A program made the position numbers and the translations under genes. 64,000 nt of DNA from the human T2T-CHM13v2.0 reference genome, Homo sapiens. Positions 12,205 through 23,425 of the stretch are shown one piece after another. Position 1 is the first letter of the stretch. Each line of letters opens with the position of its first letter. The notes beneath the pieces are model-generated. The model was not told the DNA's origin. It saw nothing but the letters and a program-made list of their open reading frames with translations, and did not search any database. The stretch lies in assembly GCF_009914755.1 (NCBI RefSeq), contig NC_060932.1. One strand, written 5' to 3'.

Positions 12205-12330
12205 TATTGATGAAGAAACTAAGGCTCTTAGCAGTTAGATGACTTGCCCAAGGCCACATGTTTGCATGGTGGTGATTACACCACATGGCCTTTTGAAACT
12301 GACGCTTTTGTTCCTGAACTCTCTCCTCTT
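12205..12330 (-). mobile_element. MIR fragment
   Basis: gatgaagaaactaaggctc..gacttgcccaaggccaca. Confidence 0.7.
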
Positions 12331-12380
12331 TTTAAATCATCATTACCACTTCTCTACCCACCACCTTAATTTTCTTTAGC

Positions 12381-12381
<1 letters not shown>

Positions 12382-12412
<31 letters not shown>
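12382..12412. repeat. Pure (A)31 tract
   Basis: Counted directly. Confidence 0.98.
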
Positions 12413-12415
<3 letters not shown>

Positions 12416-14029
12416 GGTAGAGGGAAGCACAAACTCAGAAAAGTATGATACCTCCAGGGATTTTTTATGACTCACTAAAATAACTAAATGCATCCTCTGG
12501 GAAACAGAGTCAGAGTAAAGAATGTGGGAAGATATTCTCCTTCCTCTGAACTGACTGGATGTGACATTCTCTGATTGACATTCTTCGATTCCCACGGGGA
12601 GAACAGAACTCTGTGTTCCCTAAGTATGGAGCCCTGAGATGAGAGGCATCTTTATCTTTTCCGAGAAAAAATGGGATCACTATGACCAAAAAAATAGCCT
12701 TTCCTCTACCAAGTGGCACAGTTGAGACAAGGAAATGTTCCCTGCAAAGCAAGCCAACACCCACAGATTCCAAGCCTGGCTGTGGTCAAGTGGACCAGGC
12801 ACACTGAATTCTGGTCATTGCATCTGCTAGGATAGATGGTCCTTGATTTAATTTCAAACCATGTTTATGAGCCTTAACAATAATTTGATATGTGAGACAC
12901 ATATAATTACACAGTAAATTTTATGTTTTTAATTGAGTTACTCCTAATATGTATTCCCTAATGGGGTTTTGAGAATACAGAGTACTAACAAGTTGAATCA
13001 TGGCTATTCTTCTCAGGATCATCTCTGACACAGGAGCATTATTACACTCCTATAGCTTGGGGGATAGTGTGTGATCAGTAACGGCGTTATGTTTACGGAG
13101 CAAGGGAATTTTTCATTTTCTATAATAATGTCAACAACAATTGAGAGCCTTTCATGAAACTATACTAGTACTAGAGAGAGGAGAAGAATCAGACACAATT
13201 TCACTCCCATAAGATAACTGACTATTTGATTCTATTAAAGTAATCGTTGTTATTACTTATCATGTATGGGGTTCTGTGCTACGCACAAAAGGTATAAAGA
13301 GGAATTTGAGAAGCAATTTCTATGCTCAAAGAGAGACAAATCTACTCCTAAATAACTTCATACCATGGTGATAACACCATAGTAATTGCTTGCATAAAGT
13401 GCTATGCTAGCACAAATGTAGGAGTGACCAATTCTACAAAAGTTATTAAACAAAGGTTGTGAAACAAATGTAACAAATGTTTGAGGCTGCTGGGACTGCC
13501 AGTAAGACCAATCAGTCTTAGTCCTACAAGACGGTCTTCCAAACCCTAACTCAATGACCAGTGGTTGATTCAGTGACCACACAGACACACAGACTTATTT
13601 AACTACCACCCCATCAAGGCACAAGATTTGTTTCATTGGGAAAGTTTTTTTTTTAGGGCTATTGTATTCAGTTCTCTGCTTTCATTTCATAAACTGAGGT
13701 CAGGAAGCCAGTCCAGAATATGAGTAACTCTGAAGTCTTATAAAATTTCACAAGAAGGAAAGATAATTGCATGTGTGTGCAGGGCCAGATTTCAGGGAGG
13801 CGATAGTCTTACTAGTCTCAATGGAGACAATGACTGAAACTATTACTACTCAGTCTCTGCTTCTTCCGGAACAGCTGAGCAAAAGCGTTCTGACATTGAG
13901 TCTTTTAAGCCTAGATCGGCATTATTTCGTCTAACTGATCAAGAAGTGTATAAAATGATGTGGCCTTATGTAGTAAACCTTTAGTCTCTGGCCTCTTGAG
14001 ACCAGTTAAACCTTCCCAATATCCCATGA

Positions 14030-14870
14030 TCCATCAATAAATATCACTGCCAGGCCTTAACTTATATTAAGCACTGGGGAATCAATAACAAATGAGCCAT
14101 AATCCCTGTCTTCCAGCATTGTACACTTCAGGGAAGAGAAAAATACCTAAACTGGCAATTAAAAGTCTGATTCCAGGGTGCTTCATGAACTGAGGAAGGG
14201 TTCAGATTGCAGGCCCTGGAGAGCTGAGAGGTGGAAGGAAGACTTCCTAGATGAAGTAGTATCTAAGCTAAGTCCTGAAATACACGAAGGAGAATCTAAG
14301 TGAAAAAGGATTAGAGAAGGGTGCATTTCAGGCAAAGGAAGCAATAAAAACAAAGGCCCAAGAAGCAGAAAAAGGCAGGGTGCTGTCAGGACCCTAAAAA
14401 AGTTCTGAATAGATGGAACATAGCAGGGAAGACATGAATGATTGCGAGTGGAAAGAGATACTGCTAGAATTGTATGCTAGTCAGTTTCTGTAAGTTCAGA
14501 TTTATTTCAAAGGCAGCAAAACTTTGAAGGTTTTTAATAGGGTAGTATACGAGTGTGGTGTGTGTGTGTATGTGTGTAAAGAGTACCCCAAAGGCTGGGG
14601 AAAAGTGGATTAGTGGGGATCAAGACTAAAGTTAGTAGACAAACTGGGAGGCTGTTTTGTGTCCCAGAAAGGAAACAATGGAACATTGAAATAAGAATGG
14701 CAGTGTATTAGAGACACATTAGTGTAATAAAGAATCTTCAAGGACTTGAAAAGGAGAATTGGCAGTTGATTGGATGTTGAAACTGAAGGAAAGGGAAGGC
14801 TCAAGGATATTTAAGTTTGGATTTAGAAATTGGATAGATAATGGTCCTATTTACTGAGAGCAGTAATACT
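14030..14870 (-). mobile_element. L2 fragment
   Basis: taagcactggggaat..atccctgtcttcc..ggaagacttcctagatgaagt..catttcaggcaaaggaagca, typical antisense L2. Confidence 0.75.
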
Positions 14871-15246
14871 TCATTTTTAAATGTTTTTTTTTTTTTTGCT
14901 TTTTTCCACTCAGAAGCAGGTTGTTACTTGAGTAATTTAGCAAATAACTAATCATCTAAATTAAATGATTGTTCTACAAAAGTGATTTATTAAATACTGG
15001 TTTTCTCTCTATTACTAATTATATTTATTATATATGAGGCTGCTCACGAGAGTGTAGTTTGATCTAAATTTTAAATTGTACACTTATGCTGTTTGGCAAA
15101 GATAAAAACATGCAGGAGAATCTATGAGTACTGAATAAACAACTGTTAATTGACATATGCAAGACTATTGGCAAGTCCTTCCACACACACATACTTAACC
15201 CACAGTATTGCAAGGTGCTGTGAAAAAATGAATTAAGTAGAAGAGC

Positions 15247-15612
15247 TTTGGCTGCCTATGCTTTTTGGGCCCTAAGAAATTATTGCCGAGACCAATGTCA
15301 TAGAGATTTTCCCCCTTTCTAGTAGTTTTACAATTTTAGGTCTTACATTTAAGTCTTTAATTCATTTGAGTTGATTTCTGTATATGATGTTGAGATAAAG
15401 ATAAAAATCTTTCGTCTTCAGATATCCAATTTTCCCATAGCAATTTATGGAGGATACTTTCCTTTCCCCATTGTGTGTTTTTGGTGCCTTTGTTAACAAT
15501 CAGTTGATCATAAATATGTGAATTTACTTCTGGGCTTTCTATTGGTCTATGTGTCTGTTTTTAATGCCAATATCATGCTGTTTTGATTACTACAGCTTTG
15601 TAGTATATTTTT
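15247..15612 (-). mobile_element. L1M ORF2 fragment
   Basis: ggtcttacatttaagtctttaattcatttgagttgattt..ctgttttgattactacagctttgtagtata. Confidence 0.85.
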
Positions 15613-15751
15613 AATGTTTGTTTCCATATTTTCAGTACCCATCTCAAATAAGTGTCCATCTGGGGTTCCTAGAACAACAGTTCTGGAACCAAGTTATCTT
15701 TTCACCTGATGTTATGTTACCTAACTCTGGTTTCTTTGTTATATATATACA

Positions 15752-16030
15752 GGAAAGAAGCTAGACACAGTCACACAGTATATGATTTCATTTATATGAA
15801 ATATCTAGAATAGGTAAATCCACACAAACAGAAAGCAGATTAGTGATTGCCAGCGGGTATGGGAAAGGGAATAACTGCTTAACTGTTTTGAAGTTTTCTT
15901 TTGGAGTAACAAAAATATTTTCAAGCTAGAGAGACATGGTGCTTGTACAACATTATGAATGTACTAAATGTCACATAACTGTTCACTTTAAAATGGTTAA
16001 TTTTATGTTCGGTGAATGCTACCTCAATAT
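15752..16030 (+). mobile_element. L1MB-type 3' end
   Basis: gaaagaagctagacac..atgatttcatttatatgaaatatctagaatagg..cactttaaaatggttaattttatgtt. Confidence 0.85.
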
Positions 16031-17444
16031 ACCTTTCTAAAAATATGCACAGGGGAAAAATAATCATGCCAAGGACAAAAGCTCCCACTTCCCAGTTCTC
16101 ATCTAAACCTGAGGTATGTTTGATTTCTGGTCTTCCTCCACACTTTCAGATCATCATTTCTTTACACAAACATAATGTTAAGCCTGACAAATCAATGTGA
16201 CAATTAGAGAAATAGTTGAAAGTTTCAACTATGTATAAAGTTATGTAAATAACTTTAAAATTATAAAGTAAATAGTAGGTTCCTTTTTAACCTTTAATCT
16301 TCATGCTATAAAATCTCTTTGACAAGTTAGTGATTTCATGTGGGGAGGGGCATCTATGAATATGTCGATGTTCCTGACTGTCTGGAAGTTTCGTTTTCTT
16401 TCTCTTAAAGTCATGTTTTCCATTGTCTTGCAGATCTTTTAGCCAAAGCTAGGGCATTTGTTGTGGGGATCACCTTATGGCCTCCCCTCCCATAGTAAGC
16501 TGTCCCAGTGGCTCTCCAAGGACATGCTGCATTTACTGCGTATCCATTTCAAAGATTGACTAATTGCTCCACAGGCTGCAAAAAGTGCACTCTCAAATCA
16601 TAAAAGGGAAACATTCTGGCTTTTCCCAGGCCACAAAGCATGACCAAGTTGATTAGGACTCATAATTCACACTGCCGATACCTGAGCTTGATCCTCCGAG
16701 AAACAGCTGCCTTATAAAAGCAGAGATAGAGAACATATATCACACTGTTCAGGCAGCCATAGTCACAGCTTTGCATCCACAATAAATGGCTTCTGCCCTC
16801 TCTGGCCAGGGCTGCACTGGAAATGAAACAATAAGAGTGGGAAATAGCCTTTATTTATTGAGTTCACTAACCTAAACATCAAATCAAAGCCCAGCCTACA
16901 CAGTTCACAGAATCCAAAGAACGAACGATGAAAAACACTTTGGTGGACAAGTGATCTGTTCCCAGGAGCTGGCACTGAACATCCTCCCCACAGGATGTTT
17001 GTCAGTGTCCAGATCTCCAATATTTGGAGTGAGGAAGCAATCAGTGCTCTGCCGTGACACACACCATTTAGGGATGATGGGCCTCGCCAAAGCCTGTTTG
17101 AGTTCTTATGGCTCAAAAAGGAGCCACTGCTTGCAATTAGAAGGTAATAAAAAGAGGCATCATGATAAACATTACAAAAAGCAACCTTTTGTGGTCATAT
17201 GTGTCAAGCTGGGAGATACAGACTGAAAGAAACTGTTTCATAGCTTAGGGGATAGTCATGTTCTGTGGGAAAATCAGGTGAGTGAATGCTCTTCTGGAGA
17301 AGATACAGCCCATCTTGGAATTTATATGTTGTGATAAGTCTGTCTCTTGCTGACAAGGAGCTCTAAAGTGACGCTATGTATCAGTAGGTTTGACAAACAA
17401 GCTTTGGAATTGCCCAGATGTTGCTTTGAATCATAGCACTATAC

Positions 17445-17870
17445 TTCATTCATTCATTCAATCATCCAACATGTATTTCCAAGTGGCTATTGTGTGCTTA
17501 AGGATCAAGCAGTGGATGAGCTAGGACCCTCCTCTCAAGCTTGTCACCCAGGGTGTATTGAACAAGAAACCTGACATCATAATACAGCTGAGAAGTGCTT
17601 TGATGAGACTTGGCACAAGGTGGGACTATAAAGGAGAAGGAATTGACACAGGAGGGCAGGCCAGGAAATTAGTACATGGATATGTAAGATGGGAAACAAA
17701 GTGTGTATGAAAAGACCCAGAATATAACAAGTATCAGGGGTTCAGAGAAAAACAAAATGGGCCTGGACTCGGTAGCAACATGAGAAAGAGTTCTTATAGG
17801 CAGAAGGCAAAGAGACTTAAGAATTGTATGCAGAGAAGTGACATAGGAACATAAACTTTAGGAAAATGTT
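17445..17870 (-). mobile_element. L2 fragment
   Basis: (ttca)n tail then ccaacatgtatttccaagtggctattgtgtgc. Confidence 0.6.
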
Positions 17871-17879
17871 ACTAATTGT

Positions 17880-18020
17880 ATAACTTTTAATAAACCACTT
17901 AATCCCACTAAGCCTCAGTTTTCAATATGGATAAAACTACCTACATTTCTTTGCAAATTAAATGAGATAATGTATATAAATTGCTCACTGCCTGAATCCT
18001 AGAAACTAGTTACTCAACAA
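17880..18020 (+). mobile_element. MIR fragment
   Basis: cacttaatcccactaagcctcagtttt..attaaatgagataatgtatataaa. Confidence 0.7.
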
Positions 18021-18605
18021 TAACCATAACAAAATATGTGAATTGAAATTTGAAATAACTTTTGACCTTTGTTTTCTGTACAACTTCTACTGTTTTATAA
18101 AAAATTTTTTTGTAAATTCAGGTACAAAGTGGTTAATTTAATATTTCAGCTTTTCGAGAGTTGGAGAGATTCATTTCTTCGATCAATTATTCAATATGTT
18201 TAGTAAGCATCTTTTCTGTGCCACTCACTGAACTTGCCATTGGAGATGTAATGATGAAAATGTTGATTCCATGACGTTTCCATTAGAAGAAGAAGCAGTT
18301 GCTTAAATTAAGTATCAAGCAAATTGAGTGGGGCAGTGTGGTTTGGGGTTTATTGCAGAGGCTACTGGTTGCTGTCAAGTATCTATTCTCTTTTCTTTAT
18401 GAACAGAATTCTCATTTTTGGTGTTGACACTGTTCTGTTTCATGACCTGGGTGTTGTTTACACAGATGGACTCCCTTTGAGAAAATTTGTCAATATATAC
18501 ACTTACCTGGGCATATTTATCTGGCTAAAAAGATTACATTTGTAAGACTCCCTTGCAGCTAGGAAGGTAATATTACTGAGTTCTAGCCAATAAAGAATAA
18601 ACACA

Positions 18606-18900
18606 GGCCGGGCGTGGTGACTCACACCTGTAATCCCAGCACTTTGGGAGGCTGAGGCAGGCAGATCACGAGGTCAGGAGTTCGAGACCAGCCTGACCAA
18701 CATGGTGAAACCCCATCTTTAAAATACAAAAATTAGCCGGGCATGGTGGCGCACATCTATAATCCCAGCTACTCAGGAGGCTGAGGCAGGAGAATCACTT
18801 GAACCCCGGAGGCAGAGGTTTCAGTGAGCCAAGATAGCACCATTGCACTCCAGCCTGGATGACAGAGTGAGACTGTCTCGAAAAAAAATAAAAAAATAAA
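18606..18900 (+). mobile_element. Alu (AluSg-like)
   Basis: Dimeric Alu, gatcacgaggtcaggagttcgagaccagcctgacc; TSD ataaacaca on both sides. Confidence 0.97.
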
Positions 18901-19164
18901 GATAAACACAGATGCTGAGTGGTATTGCCAGTAAGTCTTTTTAAAGGAATATGGAAGTGATCTTGCCCAATTGCCTCCTCGATCCTGAGACCAGGAAACA
19001 CATATGATGTATATGTAGACTATCTTGAATTATGAGGGCAAAAATAATATCCTAAGGATATTTGAGAGGTTAGCTAGAAAAAGCCTTGGCCCTGCCTGAC
19101 AACTTTTCACAACTCCTATGCCTCCAGATTTAGTTTACATGAGGAAGAGTGGGAAAACGTGATC

Positions 19165-19470
19165 TTTTTTTTTTTTTTTTTTTTGAGACGGAGTCTCACT
19201 CTGTCGCCCAGGCTGGAGTGCAGTGGCATGATCTCGGCTCACTGCAACCTTCGTTCGTCTCCTGGGTTCAAACAATTCTCCTACCTCAGCCTCCCACATA
19301 GATGGGATTACAGGTGCCTGCCACCACGCCCAGCTAATTTTTGCATTTTTAGTAGAGATGGGGTTTCACCATGTCGGCCAGGCTGGTCTCTAACTCCTGA
19401 CCTCAGGTGATCCGCCAGCCTGGGCCTCCCAAAGTGCTGGGATTACAGGCGTGAGCCGCCGCACCTGGCC
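19165..19470 (-). mobile_element. Alu (AluSx/Sq-like)
   Basis: poly(T) then gagacggagtctcactctgtcgcccaggctgg..gcacctggcc; TSD aaaa(c)gtgatct. Confidence 0.97.
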
Positions 19471-19671
19471 AAAAGTGATCTTTTTAAAAGCAGTTACTTT
19501 GGGTTTTCCTGTTAATTCAGCTGAAATTAATACTAACACATAAAGGGTTCAAAGTTGAATTCTGTTCAACCCTTGCTTTCACAGCCAAGAAAACCCAGGT
19601 GACTTTTTAAAAATTACCTGAAAGAGCGCTAGAAACAGCAGAACACTCAGAGTCTTATATTAAATTCTGGC

Positions 19672-19979
19672 TTTTTTTTTTTTTTTTTTTTTTTTTTTGA
19701 CAGGGTCTCACTCTGTCGCCTAGGCTGGAGTTCACTGGTGGCGATCTCAGCTCACTGCAACCTCCGCCTCCCAGGTTCAAGCAGTTCTCATGCCTCAGCC
19801 ACCTGAGTAGCCAGGATTACAGGTGCGTGCCACCATGCCTGGCTAATATTTTGTGTTTTTAGTAGAGACGGGGTTTTGGCACGTTGGCCAAGCTAGTCTC
19901 GAACTTCTGACTTAAAGTGATCCATCCGCCTTGGTCTCCCAAAGTGCTGAGATTACAGGCATGAGCCATGGCACCCGGC
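19672..19979 (-). mobile_element. Alu (AluSz/Jb-like)
   Basis: poly(T) then gacagggtctcactctgtcgcc..ggcacccggc; TSD ctggct. Confidence 0.96.
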
Positions 19980-20059
19980 ATGCCTGGCTTTTTTATTGTT
20001 TAATTGCAACTCCACATTCTCAAACATAATATGGAGATGAAAAGTCTGTGTTTTCTCCA

Positions 20060-20565
20060 TTATTAGATCTCTTTCCTGGCAGTAGCCCAATCTGAATCTA
20101 GTTAACTTAAAAAAAAAAAAAGGAATTTATTGGAGTGCTGACAAAGATCTCACAAAATAAATTGATAGGCTAGTATCCAAGCTTAGAAACAAAGCAAAAA
20201 TCAGAGTCAAAAATCAAAATAGGATCCAGGCAACAAGAGCCAGTCTATCGTCTCATTAGAGTGCCATACCTAAAATGAAGGTCTCCATTTTTCTCTGCTG
20301 TGAGTCACTTGATTCCACACACAAAGTTCTGGGAGAAAGAGTGTGATTGACTCAGCATAGATCAAAACCCCCTGGGCTTCTTTGAAGCAGTGAGAGAAAG
20401 AGTCTGGAGGGAGGAGAGTGTACTAGCCTTCAGGGACCTCTAGTTCTCTATTAGAAGGGCAGTGGACATTGATTTATAGTCCCACCGAGAATGTACAAAA
20501 CAGGGGCTAGTTAGGTCCCTCAAATTAATGGATGCTAGATGGTCATAAATTAACAAATATCCACT
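20060..20565 (-). mobile_element. Old MLT1-type LTR
   Basis: ctagttaacttaaaaa..ggaatttattgg, gggagaaagagtgtgattgactcagc, ends aacaaatatccact. Confidence 0.55.
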
Positions 20566-21072
20566 CTTTCTACTTCACAAGGCTGTTGAGAATGGAGTAA
20601 ATTAGACAAAAAACTCTGAAAACTGAAACCCACTATGCAAATATTCATTGCTGTCATTATTACTATTCTTGTTATTAATGTCAGAATTTATGAAAAATAA
20701 AATATTTTTTAAATTATGGTCATTTTACATTTTGAGGAATCCCCCCCTTTATTAAAGAAATCATTTTATTAAGTATTAAGCACTAAAGTAGTGGCCTGTC
20801 TCTCAAATTAATAGTAGACAATGGGTATAAATAATGTTGACAACCAGTAAGTAAAAAACAATTCTCATTTTTACACCAGTTTGGAAGGTCATATTTCATA
20901 TTATGTGGGCTTTAAAGAGGATCATAGAGAATTAGCCAGTGTAAATTTCTAGACAGAAATCATCACTTAGAAAGGAATTCTTAGCAGAGAGCTTTGAGTG
21001 AATGAATAGCTTCAGAGAGAATTACAAAATCCTGAAATTTCACATAACTATTTGGTTTGCTGCATCTAAGAG

Positions 21073-21083
21073 TATATATATAT

Positions 21084-21130
<47 letters not shown>
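21073..21130. repeat. Compound (TA)n-(CA)22 microsatellite
   Basis: Counted directly; CA run 21087-21130. Confidence 0.97.
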
Positions 21131-21134
<4 letters not shown>

Positions 21135-21379
21135 CAATACCTTTATCAGTTTCAGTTGTTGAAAGATGCATGACCCTAAAAACACCAAGAATCATTAATT
21201 TTTAATGCAAAGGGAATTCCTGCAATATCAAATCAAAAATATTTGGATTCAAATTCTGGATATCCACCATAAGTTCAAAACTGTGCTAATCAATGTAAAC
21301 CATTCTACACCAATGTAAACTCATAAACCATTCTTTATTCTTCAGGAGCTTAGACTCTCACATGAAAGATAAGAATAGG

Positions 21380-21640
21380 TATGTCAATTAAAATACCTTG
21401 GGTTACAAATAGCCCAAATATCCAAGCTGAAGTTAGCTTAAACAATATGGAAATGGTTTGTGAAGTTCCTGGGAATAGACATTGAGAGGTGAGGTGGATT
21501 TCAGAGTTGGCTGAATGCAATGGCCCTCCTTGAATTACTCTGTGGTGCTCTTGGCTCGGCCTTCCTCTCTGTTTTGGCTTCTTCTTTAGGCTAACATCTC
21601 TTGTGGTTACAAAATGGCTACAGATGTCCCAAATTGAGTG
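21380..21640 (-). mobile_element. MLT1J/K-like LTR 3' part
   Basis: gggttacaaatagc..agcttaaacaatatggaaat..gtggttacaaaatggctacag. Confidence 0.6.
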
Positions 21641-22816
21641 GACAAAAATAATATCCATACAACTGCATATCATTCATTGTTCAGCTTTTCCCCACTCAGA
21701 GAACCCTGTACAATTAAGTAATCAATACATATCTCTTAATAAAGAAGTGGTTGGATAAATGTATGAAGAGTTAAATAATCATCCATGGCAGGTGTGAGGA
21801 AATGAGCATTTTAGAAAAAATACGTAATAGATCAAAGAAAGAAATTATAAGTTGAGGGGACACAGAAAACTTCTAAAGAATCACATGCTTTGAATAGATA
21901 AAGGGTAGCAGACATAGCATTCCAGGCATATACAGTTGGCAGCTGGTTTAAAGTAAATAAATTCATAAATGAAAAAAAGAAGATATGCAATTTCAGGGAA
22001 ACTTTCCATCCATTCCAAGTGGTTTCATATTTTGAGTTGCAACATTAAGAAGTTACTAGGACATTGGAAGTTTCCATGGAAACTTGTATCCTGCAGAATC
22101 TCAAATTACCTCATGCAATAATGATCATGACCAACTAGGGTAGTAAGATTAATACATATGATGAAATTGAAGCTTAAAATTTTTCACACAATGAAACCTC
22201 ATTATATTTTTTATTCTCCACTACTTTTATAGTTCTTTTAAATATTCTTTGAGTGCTTTCCATATGTTGAGCTCTGAGTTAGGTACTTTCAAGTGATTTT
22301 TTTTTTAAACTCACAATAAGGTTATTATCATTATTTTTTACTTTTTACAATTTAACTAACAAATAACCAACTAATAAGTATCAGAGCTGGAATTATACGA
22401 ATGAATATATATGAGTTAATTTTAACTATTTATATTCTATGTAAAAGACTAAACTACTTTTAACTACACTAAAAGTAACACTTTAAACAGGAGCAAATGT
22501 TATAATGATTAAAAATAACTTTAGGCTAGTTACGCGGGAAAATCTACTAGCTATTCCCAGTACCCTTCCTCTAGGCAATTTTTGGATAACAGAAAAACAC
22601 TTAAAGAATATATGGGCATACCTTGTTTTATTGTGCTTCGCTTTATTGTGCTTCACAGATGTCACGTTTTACAAATTGAAAGACTGTGGCAACCCTGTGC
22701 CAAGCAAGTCTATGGGCACCATTTTCCAACAGCATGTGTTTGCATTGTGTCTCTGTGTCACATTGTGGTAATTCTCACAATATTTCAAACTTGTATTATT
22801 ATTATATCTGTTATGG

Positions 22817-23224
22817 TGTATTAGTTTATTATCCATTGCTATGAAGAAATACCTAAGACTGAGTAATTTATAAAGAAAAGGGGTTTAATTGGCTCACAAT
22901 TTTGCAGGCTTTACAGAAAGTACGATGCTGGCATCTGCTGGGCTTCTGGGGAAAGCTCAGGAAACTTACAATCATGGCAGAGGTGAAGGAAGCATGTCTT
23001 ACATGGCCAGAGCGGGGGAAGGGGGTGGTACCACACACTTTTAAACAATCAGATCTCTCAGTAACTCCCTCACTCAGTATTGCCATGACAACACCAAAGG
23101 GAATGGTGTTAAACCATGAGAAACTGCCCCACAATTGAATCACTTCCCAAAAGGCCCCACCTCCAACACTGGGGATTACAATTCGATGTGAGATTTGGGA
23201 GGGACACAGATCCAAACCATATCA
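22817..23224 (-). mobile_element. MSTA-like MaLR solo LTR inserted in Tigger1
   Basis: tgtattagt...ccaaaccatatca termini; perfect TSD tatgg (22812-22816, 23225-23229). Confidence 0.94.
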
Positions 23225-23425
23225 TATGGTGATCTATGATCAGTTATCTTTGATATTACCCTTAGAATTGTTTGGAGCACCACAAATCACTTCCATATAA
23301 GACAGTGAACTTATTGATAAGTGCTGTTTGTGTTCTGACTGCTCCACCATCTCTCTCCCTCTCCTTGGGCCTCCCTATTCCCTGAGACACAAAATATTGA
23401 AATTAGACCAATTAATAACCCTACA

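Larger units (their letters stand above)
18351..19541 (+). mobile_element. MLT1J-like MaLR LTR, interrupted by an L1ME fragment and two Alus
   Basis: ggttgctgtcaagtatctattctc..aacagaattctcatttt; cccttgcagctagg..gagttctagccaat; 3' end cagttactttgggttttcctgtta. Confidence 0.7.

Noticed and set aside
16763-17226. Overlapping 117-aa and 91-aa ORFs in unique DNA
   Set aside because: No recognisable domain; such lengths are expected by chance when alternative starts are allowed.
19159-19410. Alu-derived ORFs (also 18795-19001 and 33714-33983)
   Set aside because: Standard antisense Alu translations (LECSG..AHCNL..), not genes.
21996-22009. 14-mer gggaaactttccat repeated at 63712
   Set aside because: Several exact 14-mer pairs are expected by chance in 64 kb, and the match does not extend.
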